Of a stretch of DNA of 64,000 nucleotides, positions 39,493 through 51,315 are shown in pieces. Positions within the stretch are counted from its first letter, which is position 1; every line of letters starts with the position of its first letter. A program made the position numbers and the translations under genes. The DNA comes from Takakia lepidozioides (taxonomy: Eukaryota > Plantae > Bryophyta): contig CM060733.1 in assembly GCA_030704615.1 (NCBI GenBank), forward strand, positions 15,066,001-15,130,000, in the 5' to 3' direction. The notes beneath the pieces were generated by a model. That model was not told the origin of the DNA. It did not search any database and worked only from the letters and a program-made list of their open reading frames with translations.

Positions 39493-40465
39493 CAGCTCCT
39501 TCAGCTATCCATGCCCTTGCACAAATCATGCATTCATCCTTGCCTTGCTGCTAGTAGCTGACAACCTACATTTGTTCTAGGAAACACCCAACTCAGCTTA
39601 TCACACTAGTTCCTATGCTCAATTGCGTCTACTACTCTCTGAAATGTAGCAGGCATTCACCTTTTTGCCTCAGTTGTCCCATCATTGACTGGGGGCAGAA
39701 AAGTATTCATTCCATAGCTTCTCCTCATGTCCGTTACTTGTTTTTTGATACTTTCCTGTTGTCACATAGCAGTATCATATCAAAGTCACTCCAAACTAGA
39801 TTCACTCAACCAGTTAACTTGCATAATTCAACATGGAAATTTTGGACCGATTCTAATAAGAGGGAAAAACAGGGTGAAATGTGCTGAAGAAGATGCCTTC
39901 ATTAACAATGTCTGATTTTATCAATTGTGCCGTTGCTGCCAGTTGACCATCTACCCATGCAGGTTTCTTGTAGCTTCATAGTTAATCTGGAGCTTGAAGT
40001 CTGGCCCTCTTGGGTGAATCTGCACCCACACTCTATCCTTGCTCCTTCAACTATCCATGCCTCGCACGAATCATGCATACAACCTTGCCTTGTTGCTAGC
40101 AGTTGACAATGACAGCCTAGACTTGTTCTAGGAAGCACCCAACTCAACTTATCACACTAGTTCCTACGCTCAATTGTATCTGCTACTCTCTATAATCCAA
40201 CAAACATTCACCTTCTTGCCTCGATTGTCCCACCATTGATTGGGGTCAGAAAAATATTCATTCCACAACTTCTCCTCGTCTGTGTTACCTGTTTCTGATA
40301 CTTTCCTGTTGTCACATTGGCAGAATCATGTCAAAGTCACTCCAAACTATCAAAGCTTCACTCAACCAGCTAACTTGCAGAATTCAGACATGAATAATTA
40401 GGGGCGATTCTGATAAGAGGGGAAAACAAGGTGAAATTGAAGAAGGTGCCTTCATTAGCAGTCAT
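39493..40465. repeat. Tandem ~550-bp non-PPR unit (about 1.8 copies), left arm of a large inverted repeat
   Basis: gctccttca.ctatccatgcc..cacccaactca.cttatcacactagttcc recurs at about 39495 and 40041. Reverse-complement copies lie at 45040-46170. Confidence 0.85.
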
Positions 40466-40622
40466 TACACTCTATCCTTCGCTCAGCCATATTGTTGAAC
40501 ACTCCCTGTCCACAAGGGTATTGTTCATAATGACATCTGCCACAATTCCAGCTTTGACGATGCAACCATGGACCTCTTTGCCCTTCCCCAGCAGGCTCGC
40601 ACATGCACTACAAACGCAAACA

Positions 40623-43100
40623 ACTGGTTGTGGCAAACTGGGAGCAATATGTGTCAGAAGAAACCACTTATACAAATCCACAACTTACAGGCTGTCTCTA
40701 TCCTCAAAATTGGCAGCACATCACCCGCTGCTATGACATATATTGCCCTAGACACACATTGCCCTAACTGCCATCCCCAAGATGCTACCCCCACCAGACT
40801 TCTCTCACTTGGGTCCTTGCAAGGCTGACTTCCAGCTTTGACTCTGTGCATGGGGCCTATCGGACAACATACACTAGCAAGCCCTCCCCATATCCTGCAT
40901 CAACTCATCTCAGTCTTATCAATTGCACAACGTATGATGGGAGTGAGTGCAACATGGGAAAGAGCCACAAACACATGATGAGCTGTAGGGAAGAAGCAAC
41001 ATCGTGCAAGTAAAGCAAATGATGAAGCAGAAAGACGAGGCAACATGGGAGAAGGGAAAATGGGGTCCAAGGGCTGAGAAGGTCAACTGGTCAACAATGA
41101 GGAACTGGCTCTGGAGCACTATGTTGATGATTAAAGGGAGCAGCAAATACATGTGGGGCATCGCAGCAAAGTGCATGCCAACGAGGGTCAGAATAGTGCA
41201 AGAAAGACTCCACGGATGGTGGGCAGCCAAGGGAGATGCAGTGAGACAAGGCACTCATGGCAAGGGAGCTGCCAAGACAAAACTGTTGATTAGGCTACGG
41301 AGAAAGACTGCTGCAAAGAGGTACAAAGACAGGAGCTGAGAATGAGATGTTGCCTTTCGTTGAAGTTCCCCACACAAGGGCTGTTTGGCAAGCAAAACCC
41401 CAGGCAAGGATGAGAGGTGAATCTGGGATAAAACCAGCAGCTGGGAGTGAGGAAAGACACAAGGAAGGGCAACAATACCTTGTCAAATCTGAGGGTGATG
41501 GCTGGAGAAAATTAAACAAGGACTGGAAGTATGGGAGCAGCAATCGCATGAAGAAAAATCTGCCTGAGAGGCTGAAGAGTGAAAGGGAGGAAGACAGGCA
41601 CCTCGCTTATGAAAAGTGGAAGGGCAGGGTAGAAAACCTGATGCCTGAAATTGATGGGAGCTCGTGGGAGACTCTGCCAAGAAGACTCCAATTAGCTGTT
41701 GCCAACAATCGGACCAGTGAAAGATCGCCCTTGGCTGGCGCAACACCACAAAATAAGTGCAGCCCTGATAGTATGGTGAGTGGGGCACCAACAGAGCCAG
41801 AAAATGAGGGAGAAGGAGGAGACTTCCCTGCCAAGAAAGTCAATGCGGGCCTGCAGTGGCATGCAAGGAAAGGGACACCGTAAGTGTTGCCAACAGATGT
41901 AAATCAGTGCTCATTCATTCGAAAGCACCACGAGAGATGAAGGAAAAGACACCTGCAGGGACGTTGAAGCATAAAAGAGGAGAGCACTTCACTTGGGAAG
42001 AAAGTGAAGCATTGGAGAACGAGGCTGATAACTGGCAGTCTGAAAAAGAAAGGCGGTTGTGGGAAACCCTGCCAAGACCCAAGACAACCATATAGAGAGA
42101 ATCAAGCAGGTGGGAACTGCCCTTCATTGGGGTGGTGCAAACAAGAGCAAGACCAGAAGCTGAACTACATGAGAAGATAGTGTGTCATCACAAATGGAGA
42201 CCCTGAAAAATGCTCTGCCCAGGAGATGAAGAACATTAGGCAACTAGAAACGTGGGGGGCTGAATATGCTCTGCAGTCAACTTGGCTTGTTGAATGCTTG
42301 CATAAGAGATGAGGGGTTGCTGTCAGTACACGACATTGAGTTCATCAAATCCTACAACAGCCCACCATCGCTGCCCACTGCTTACACCACAAAAACAGTT
42401 TCACAGGACTTACAGATGATTGGTGGAAGGCAAGGCCCCTCGCCATGGGCCAGATTAATTGTATGTTGCAGCCCAGAACAACGACGGGAAGTCATCTAGG
42501 GCAGCAAACCCCATCTTGGCAGCGTCTTTTGTGTGAGAGAAGTCAAGCTGAACCTGCTCATCATATCGAGTGGGATGGACCAGATGTAAAGCTGCCAAGC
42601 CAACCACACTCATATTCGCACTCAAGCAACATAAGCTGGAGCCATTTTCAGATTATGAGTACCCGCGTTTTAAGAATACTCCTTCTTCAACTTGCGGTGA
42701 ACGGGCAGAAAACTTCACAATGTGCAGCAGATTAATGGACCAAGATGCGGAGCTGAATTGGGTATCCAATTAGGCAATGCTGGTTTCAAAACCCCGTTCC
42801 ATCCCTGCGTTTCAAAGATCTGGCTTGAATGGGCACACTCCGGCAGTGGAAGGCTCACGGAGTAATGAGTTTGGGCTGATATGCATGCTGACATGCCATG
42901 CCGGTGCAAAGAACAACGTTCTGAGTGGCAATTGTGATCTCAAAATCTGCCCCTGCATTCAAGCTGATTTCTCTCTCGAGCAGAGCCGCCTTGTGGATGT
43001 TCCAGCCAGTGTCCAAAAACAGCTCAAGTGCAAGACAACAACATCAGCAAGGCATGGTTAGCTAAGCAAGGTCATGGTGGAGAGGCATTTGAACTCTCTG
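40623..43100 (+). mobile_element. ~2.5-kb insertion splitting a minus-strand PPR motif, with degenerate copia-like sequence
   Basis: PPR sequence ending ...caaacgcaaaca (40622) resumes as aacgtaatgtggtcgg at 43101. Internal RAEKVNWSTMRNWLWSTMLMIKGSSKYMWGIAA and AYEKWKGR weakly resemble the copia integrase core. No LTR pair found. Confidence 0.45.
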
Positions 43101-44125
43101 AACGTAATGTGGTCGGACTTCACCCCCTCCCACATCAACTGCTCATAGGTCTCCAAAACCTGCAATCCCCGCCCCTGTTGTGCATGTCCTGCGATAATCA
43201 CTTTCCACGACACCACATTTCGCTCAGCCATATTGTTGAACACTCCCTATCTAGAAGGGTATTCATGTTCAGAATGACATCTACCACAATTCCAGCTTTG
43301 ACGATGCAACCATGGACCTCTTTGCCCTTCTCCAACAGGCTTGCACATGCACTACAAACACAAACAAAGGTAATGTGCTCGGGCTTCACCCCCTAGACCC
43401 ACATCATTTGCTCATAGGTCTCCAAAACCCGCAATCCCGCCCATGTTGTGCATGTCCTGCGATCATCACGTTCCACCACACCACATTTCGCTCAGCCATA
43501 TTGTTTAACACTCCTTGTCCACAAGGGAATGCTCCCACGTCTGGTACAATTCCAGCTTTGATGATATCCTCATGCACCTCTTTGCCCTTCTCCAGGGCTA
43601 CCAGGCTTGCACAAGCATTGCAAATGCACACAAACATGATGTGCTTCCCCCATCATTTGCTCATAGGTCTCCAAAGCCTCCATCCCACATCCCTACTATG
43701 CATACCCTGCAAGCATCGCACTCCACGACACCACATCTGGTTCAGCCATAGTATCGAACGTACAATTCTAGCTCTGAAGATGTCGCCATGCACCTCTTTC
43801 TCCTTTTCCAAAATTGCCAGGGTAGTGTTTAGAATGACATTTGGTACAATTCCAACTTTGATGATATCCCCATGCACCTCTTTGCCCTTCTCCAGGGCTG
43901 CCAGGCTTGCACAAGCATTGTAAATGCACACAAACATGATGAGCTTCCCCCATCATTTGCTCATAGGTCTCCAAAGCCTCCATCCCACGTCCCTGCTGTG
44001 CATACCCTGCAAGCATCACACTCCATGACACCACATCTCGTTCAGCCACAGTGTCGAACACTCCCTTTGCACAATAGATGCACCCACATTTTGCAAACAT
44101 GTCTACCAGGGTATTGTTCAGAATT
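43101..44125 (-). pseudogene. Degenerate PLS PPR array, inverted relative to 37150-39432
   Basis: Same motifs on the minus strand (NNTLVDMFAKCG..VAERDVVSWSVMLAGYAQQGRGMEALETYEQM; ACASLAALEKGKEVHGDIIK), with frameshifts. Confidence 0.9.
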
Positions 44126-44127
44126 AC

Positions 44128-44890
44128 ATGATCGTAGGATATGCACAACATGGTTGTCATAGGGAGGTCGTGCAACTATTTGAAGGAATGCAAAAGAATG
44201 GCTTAAAGCCGAGCAACATCACCTTTATGTGTTCTCTCTGCATGCAGCCACGCTGGCCTACTGAATGAAGGAAGACACTACTTTGATTCCCGGAGTCAAG
44301 ATCATGGTGTTACTTCGACAGTAAAGCACTTTGGCTGCATGGTGAATCTTCTTGGACGTGAGGGACAACCGGATGAGGCAGTGGACATGATTAATAAAAT
44401 GCCCATAAATCCAGGTGTTGTGGTGTGGAAGGCCTTGCTTGGTGCGTGCAGAATCCATGGCAATGTGGAGATGGTTGAACGTGCAGCAACATCTATCCTC
44501 ATGTGGGCTGAACAGGATGCCACAACTAATGTGTTGCTCTCAAACATCTATGCTGCAGCTGGCAGGTGGGATGATACTGCAAAGGTGAGAAGAATGATGA
44601 AGGTCAAAGGGGTTAGAAACGAGCCAGGTTGCTGCTGCATTGAGGTTGGCAAAAGGGTGCACACCTTCGTTGTAGATGACAAGTTGCATCCCATAATTAA
44701 GGTAATCCATGCTGAATTGAGAAGATTGGCTGGGAAGATGAAGGAGGTGGGGTATGTGCCTGACAGGCGCTTTGTATTGCATGATGTGGGGGAGGAGGAA
44801 AATGAATTTTCTCTTTGCCACCATAGTAAGAAGCTGGCCATTGGTTTTGGCATATCCACGGGAAATGATAGTGGGGTCTACCCAACATAG
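44128..44890 (+). pseudogene. C-terminal P2-L2-S2-E1-E2 and truncated DYW segment of an RNA-editing PPR gene
   Basis: MIVGYAQHG..(frameshift)ACSHAGLLNEGRHYF..CMVNLLGREG..VVWKALLGACRIHGNVE..LLSNIYAAAGRWDD..EPGCCCIEV..HTFVVDDKLHP..GYVPDRRFVLHDV..HHSKKLAIGFG, then loss of homology before the CxxC and DYW end. Confidence 0.9.
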
Positions 44891-45039
44891 GTGAGAAGTC
44901 AGCCTATAATTGCACTTGACTGAAGGGGTGATATTGGACTGACTTTGGTGACAGTGGATGGAATCAGAGCGTTGTCCTAATTCTGGGTTTGGGTGGTATG
45001 ACTGAACGAGATGTGGTGTCATGTTTGTTGCACGAATTC

Positions 45040-46170
45040 TAGGCCGTCATTGTCAGTTGCTAGCAACAAGACAAGGATGTATGCATGATTTGTGCAGACG
45101 CATAGATAGCTGAAGGAGCAGGGATGGAGTGTGGGTTTTGATTCATCCAAGAGGGCCAGATTTCAAGCTTCAGATCACCTATGACTCCCTGTGGAAGGAT
45201 AGCTACAAGAAACATGCATGGGTAGATGGTCAACTGGAAGCCACATCAGCATCGGCACGATTGATAAAATCAGGCACTGCTCATGAAGACACCTTCTTCA
45301 ACACGTTTCACCCTGTTTTTCCCTCTGATCAACATCGGTCCTAAATGTTGAATTCTGCAAGTTAACTGGTTGAGTGAACCTTAAATAGTTTGCAGTGACT
45401 TCGACATGATACTGCCAATGTGACAACAGGTTTAGTATCCAGAAACAGGTAACAAAGACGAGGAGAAACTGTGGAATGAATACTTCTCTGACCCAGTCAA
45501 CGGTGGGACAATAGAGCAAAAAGGTGAATGCCTGTTGGATTACAAAGAGTAGCAGATGCAATTGAGCATAGGAACTAGAGTGATAAGTTGAGTTGGGTGT
45601 TTCCTAGAACAGATGTAGGCTGTCATTGTCCTAGCAACAAGGCAAAGATGTATGCATAATTTGTGCAGAGGCATGGATAGGTGAAGGAGCAGGGATAGAG
45701 TGTGGGTCCAGATTCATCCAAGAGGGTCGCAATTCAAGCTCCACATTACCTATGATTTCTTGTGGAAGGATAGCTACAAGAAACCTGCATGGGTAGATGG
45801 TCAACTGGAAGCCACAGCAGATGCGGCGCCACAATTGATAAAATCAGACACTGCTAATGAGGGCACCTTCTTCAAAACATTTCACCCTGTTTTTTCCTCT
45901 TATCAGAATCTTTCTTCTTCCTGTTGAATTCTGTAAGTTAGCTGGTTAAGTGAACCTTTGATAGTTTGAGTGACTTTGACATGATACTGCCAAAGTGACA
46001 ACAGTAAAGTATCCAGAAACAGGTAATAGAGATGATGAGAAGCTGTGGAATGAGTACTTTTCTGACCCCAGTCAATGGTGGGACAACCGAGGCAAAAAGG
46101 TAAATGCCTATATAATTACAGACAGTAGCAGACACAATTCAGCATATGAATGAGTGTGATAAGCTGAGTT
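45040..46170. repeat. Tandem ~570-bp unit (about 2 copies), right arm inverted to 39493-40465
   Basis: ctagcaacaag.caa.gatgtatgcat.atttgtgcaga at about 45060 and 45631. Reverse complement of the left arm. Confidence 0.85.
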
Positions 46171-46951
46171 ACGATCATATCATCGATTGTTCATAGAGTT
46201 AGCTCATCAGTCACATCTGCTACGATCGTATCGATCGATCTACTGCATTACAATGGCGTAGTTCATAGGCACATGACATAGTTCACAACTTCGCAGTCCG
46301 ACAGTGCAGTCGTTGAAACGACTTGCTAGTTATTTTTGAACTAGTGGTTAGTGCTCGTGTAGTACGAGATCGTAATTATTCAGCAGCGTGAAGCAACGCG
46401 GCTACGGCGCGTGTCCTGCCTCCAAGAGAACACGTGGAGTTTTCACACCGAGCCACGCAGCTGTATTCCCGGCGTGCATATGGTGGGAAAGTCGAAAAGT
46501 CCACTGTGGTCAAGGTCCAAGATTCAGCCAACGTCGCGCGTGGCGACGCCATGTGGCCACATCTTAAAAATTACCCAGCAGTCGGCGTCACGACTGACTG
46601 GAACGACTCCGACCACGTAATGACCGGAACGACTGGGCCGTCCAATAGGTCTTGTCCTTTCGGACTCGTAGTCGCCCAATAGTTTTTTTGACTGAAACGA
46701 TTGGGTTTCCAGTCATTTTTTGAGTCGTTATTTCAACGACTCTTTGTAAATTATACCCATACCAGACCAACACTGGTGTAGACCTTGTTACCATAGAACC
46801 CACCCCTGAAAGGGGGCAGTACCCTCACGAGGAAGAGGCTCTTATTTACGCTAGCTTCGGCTGGCGTCATATATATATATATATATAGACCTTGTTTTTT
46901 CCCATAATATGGATATTGCACGGATATTGCCTTTGTCAATACCAGCCACTG

Positions 46952-47712
46952 TAGGGTATTGTCCAGTGTTGTACCGGTATATAGGGCTGTGCACAGGTAT
47001 TAGATACCAGACCAGTCTGGTATCATTTGGTAGAATACTTGGTCATATACCATGACCAAGGTCAGTATCAATTTTTTCGTACCAGCCACAATACCAGTAC
47101 GCCCCCAACGTCTTCCTCATTTACTCTGGTATGTGTACTATACTACTTTATGTGTACATATGCCTATATATTTGTACTTATGTATATTTATTTCTTTATT
47201 GTATTGTATTTTTTTCACTTGATACTTGCTATTTGATAATCTTGTTATTCAATGATGGCTTTGGAATGATACTGAATTGATATCTCTTACTAGCTGGTAT
47301 TGTGGTCATGATACTCATACTCATACCAGTATCTGGAAAAAATAGCATCTATTATTATATAGACCAGACTGGTATGAAAGTTTTACAATACGTCTCGTAC
47401 CTCTACGTTAGATTTTTCCTCTCACTGCTCCCGCCCTTGGGCCAGTGCCCTTATATTGAGGAATGCCACCTTCCCCTATACTTTCCCACCTTATTATCAG
47501 CACTCAAAACTTCACGTGGAATTGTGCTTATGTACTAGTCTGGTATGTCCTAAAACTGATACCAATACAACACTGGTATTGACCTAGGTATTGGAATTGT
47601 CAATACCAAGCGGTTCGGTTATTAACCCTAGTATTACAACAGCCAATATAGCCAGGTTGGTTATTTAATACCCTAGTTGATACCCTACTTTATACCCGGC
47701 CAGGCCCTATAT
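46952..47712. mobile_element. Possible non-autonomous foldback/hAT-like DNA element
   Basis: Nested inverted ends tagggtatt/aataccctag and tatatagggctg/caggccctatata. Many internal ATACCAG/CTGGTAT motifs in both orientations and an AT-rich centre. No clean TSD. Confidence 0.4.
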
Positions 47713-49794
47713 ACTAGTCCAATAGTGGTAAAAACCTTCTTGTGCCTAGATTCTACTCTTCAAACTATTTTAGCTTAAATTCTATAATGTTTGCCTTGTA
47801 GGCCCAATATACTGTGGCCAATTGTATTTTTTCCACCCATAGCAATAGGGGAAATTGGTGTACATTCTATTTAAGTCAAAAAAAGCAATCAATTACACAC
47901 CTTAGTACCAATTAGCAATCTCATTGAACCACAATGTTGTACTTTGCCTTCATTGCCTCTTATGTGGGTGTTGATGCCCACCTAATTCAAGGACCTCCCG
48001 CAAGTCCTCCACTGACACCCAATAAATATATACACATAATCATCAATAAAATAAAATAAATTCAATTTTATTTTTCTTAAATGTGAGGATTTATATGGTG
48101 TTAATGCCCACATAATTCGCGGATCTCCCATAAGTCCTCCATTGACACAATAAAAAGTAAAAATTTCAAATTATTTCGAGAAAAAAAAACATAACATAAC
48201 ATAGCTTTGTGAGGTCTAGGAATTATGTGGTCGTCAAAGTCCACATAAGTCCTCACACCTGATTACAAGCACATAATGGATTCACCCATACGATTCCAAT
48301 TTTCCAAATATCGATGCTGGTATTCTCGCGGGAATAGGTTTGCCTTTGTTCTCAGGTATATGCCCTCTTTCTAAAATAGCACCACTCTGTGCTCACGATT
48401 GCTAAGCGCCTCACGCTTAGTGGGTCAATCTGGATCTCAAATTTCCAAAAATATGCTAATCATCGGCCCTGTTGGGTTTCTTAACCCTTAAGTGTCAAAC
48501 TGATCGGTCATTGAACCATCCAACTCCAATTTGAATCAATTTTGACCCATTAGACAGAGAAAAAGTTTTGCCACAATGGTATTGGCCAATCTTCAAAAAA
48601 TAAAATTATACATGGAGTAAGATCCCCCAATATAGGGTTAACTCAGCTTTTCTGGCATTTGCTGAGTCATCTTGCCCGAGTTGCTTGCATGCAATCATGG
48701 TCAGGTTAGGGGAAGGTTTCCACCATAAGGAGGGCTAGCCCCACCCACATCCCAATACCCCATGAAGGTTCCAGCTACCTGCATGTTAGCCACCCGAGGA
48801 TATATCATAGGGCTCCAAGCTAAAATATAGGTTGGGCTGGGAAGTACCAGGCAAGGCCCAATAGCCTAAAATATTGCCCAATTGGATTGAGATTTTTCTA
48901 CGACAACCTGATCTACAGCGATTGTAAATTGGACGGTATATGTAATTTTTGCAGCCCAAATGTTGGCCTGCCGCTTCAAATCGGGTTATTTGACCCCCCA
49001 ATTTGTGAGTACAAAGCAGCCCACACGAAAACAGGTCGGAAAGAGTGTGTTATCATGTGAGGTATACAATTCCCAAGACTCTCATATCATACAACGAACA
49101 CATGGCCCAAATTTGGCAAATTTCTTGGTTTTATGCTCTTCAATTTTAGGAAGGATTCTTTTTGGGCCACATCTGAATATTATAATCTTGTAATCTGGGA
49201 TATGGCTGAAATGTTAGGTAATAGATTCGGTAGGTGGGTGGTAAATTCAACGGTCACTTTTACAGGGACTCAGAAATTTGGGAGATAAAAAAGATACAGT
49301 GGGCCCGGGTCCTTTTTTCACATCATGTCGTGCAAAAGGGCCCAGACACTTGAAGGTTAAATCTCAAATGAGTCTTAGAACCTACCTTCCCAAGTATGTG
49401 AAAAATAAGAACAGGCCCAACGCCTTTACAGGGATATGAGAATTGACTGCTTCAAGTAGGTACTGCTTGAAACCCCCCATACCCACTGGAAGGCAATACC
49501 AAAGTTATGGGGGATCAATAGAGTTGTCAACACCAGAGTTTTTGTTTTCTGCTTGTACAATTCAGTACCACAGATCTTTTGGTGCAGATGCAGCTCTCAC
49601 TTTCTTTCTCTCACTTTCTTTCCAAATCAGTAGGGAATCTGTTGACTATGTTTGAATTTGTTGTGAACTGTCTGGAGCTTCGGTTGAAGCTGCAGGGACT
49701 CACATTGACAATAATGTAGACCAGAGACTAGAGTGATAGCACACCTTCAGCTCACAAGACAACACTTCGTGCTGAAAAAGGGGTCACCCTTGAA

Positions 49795-51315
49795 TCAGAG
49801 TACTCTGAAAAGACTGATCCTCTGCCCCCTGCCGCTGCCCCCTGCTGCTTGAGGTGCCGCCCCAGGAGACTGATTTAATGAAGTTACCTTTGCCCAGCCC
49901 CCCCCAGTGTGAGTATCTAAACCATCGAGATCGTACCCCCTCTCCTGTGCCAGATCACCTGGGGTCCTACCGTCTTTACTCTTTGCATCCTTGCTAGCCC
50001 CACCGTTTAACAGCATCTCGATCAATCCATTGTACCGGAGGGCGGCAGCAATATGAAGTGATGTAGACCCATTGTTATTCTTGGCATTGACATCAGCACC
50101 CTTCCTAATCATCAAGGAAGTGATCTCCTTTTGCCCTCCCTCCACAGCACAATGCAAGGGAGTGTAGCCCTCTTGATCCCTGCGTTCAAGATCACATCCA
50201 GCTGTCTGTAGCAACAGTTTCACAATCTCGTGGTGGCCTTTGAAGGCAGCACGATGGAGAGCAGTCCAGCCGATCTGATCCGCCCCATTGAGAAGGGCGC
50301 CCATCTGCAGGCACCTCTTGACCAGCCTGGCCTCGCCGCGGCGCGCCCTGGATCGCAATGCGTCGCCCAGCGAAAGAGTATCGTAGAGCTCCCTGTGGCC
50401 GGCCACTGAGGCGAGATCCAAGGGGCTCTTTTGTTGACAATCCTTGGCGTCTTTGTTGCCCCCTCTGTCTACCAGCAGCATTACCATGTCCAAATCCCCT
50501 TGGGCTGCAGCTAAGTGTAAGGGGGTCTCCCCAAAAGAACAAGAAGCATTCACATCAGCCCCGTGCTCTAGCAGCAGCTGTACTACCTTGCAGTGCCCTG
50601 CAGCAACCGCACAATGTAGAGCTGTCCAGCCCATGGTCGTTCTGGCAGCAGAGGATGCGCCATTGGCCAAGAGCAGCTCTGTGATCAACGGGTCTCCTGC
50701 AGCAACTGCTTCATGCAGAGCAGTTTTCCTGGCCTGGTTGTAAGCTGTAAGATCAGCCTTGAATTCCAGCAACAATTGAACCAACTCTGGTCGGTTGTAG
50801 CCAATTGCGAGATGCATGGGAGTGCGTCCATGCTCATCTGCGCTGTTGATGTGACCTGGCACGTCTCTTTCCAGCATCTCTCTGATCTCTTCCATGCTTC
50901 TCTGGGATAGCATGTTGCGCAGTATCATTCCCCCCACTAGCACCAAGCGTGGTGCCTTGTCTGAGTACACCTGGTGCATCTTCTTGAACCATTCAAGGTT
51001 CACTACCTCTTTGCTGCTTCCCCCGGGGACCAACACGCTCTGCACTCCAAACCTGTCCAGGACGTAGGGGTAAGAATTTGGAAGTTCAGACTGTGGCAAC
51101 ATCGTAATTTCAACGGTGGCCATGCCCAGAGGTGGGATGATTCCATAAAGTGGCTTTGCAATGTATCTCTTGGATATTCTAGACGGGAATTTTACTTTGA
51201 ATGCAATTGCCATAGTGTGCATCACGCTCCTGATCGTCATAAGCGCTGAAGCACTTCTCTCGAACTCGAAGTCCAGCATCAGCTCCTTTGGTTCTACCAC
51301 CACGAGCCTGTCCAT
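49795..51315 (-). CDS. VAPYRIN-family protein (N-terminal MSP/VAP domain plus ankyrin repeats), intronless
   Basis: MDRLVVVEP..VMHTMAIAFKV..KPLYGIIPPLG..SVLVPGG..WF.K..QVYSD (VAP domain), then GRTPMHLAI..RPELVQLLLEFK, LYDTLSLGDAL..ARRGE, GWTALHRAAFKG and GYTPLHCAVEGG, colinear with recalled VAPYRIN sequences. Confidence 0.88.
   Translation of the reverse strand: MDRLVVVEPKELMLDFEFERSASALMTIRSVMHTMAIAFKVKFPSRISKRYIAKPLYGIIPPLGMATVEITMLPQSELPNSYPYVLDRFGVQSVLVPGGSSKEVVNLEWFKKMHQVYSDKAPRLVLVGGMILRNMLSQRSMEEIREMLERDVPGHINSADEHGRTPMHLAIGYNRPELVQLLLEFKADLTAYNQARKTALHEAVAAGDPLITELLLANGASSAARTTMGWTALHCAVAAGHCKVVQLLLEHGADVNASCSFGETPLHLAAAQGDLDMVMLLVDRGGNKDAKDCQQKSPLDLASVAGHRELYDTLSLGDALRSRARRGEARLVKRCLQMGALLNGADQIGWTALHRAAFKGHHEIVKLLLQTAGCDLERRDQEGYTPLHCAVEGGQKEITSLMIRKGADVNAKNNNGSTSLHIAAALRYNGLIEMLLNGGASKDAKSKDGRTPGDLAQERGYDLDGLDTHTGGGWAKVTSLNQSPGAAPQAAGGSGRGQRISLFRVL

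Noticed and set aside
41347-41883. 178-aa ORF as a gene
   Set aside because: It lies inside the insertion splitting a PPR motif, is purine-biased TE-like sequence and has no recognisable intact domain.
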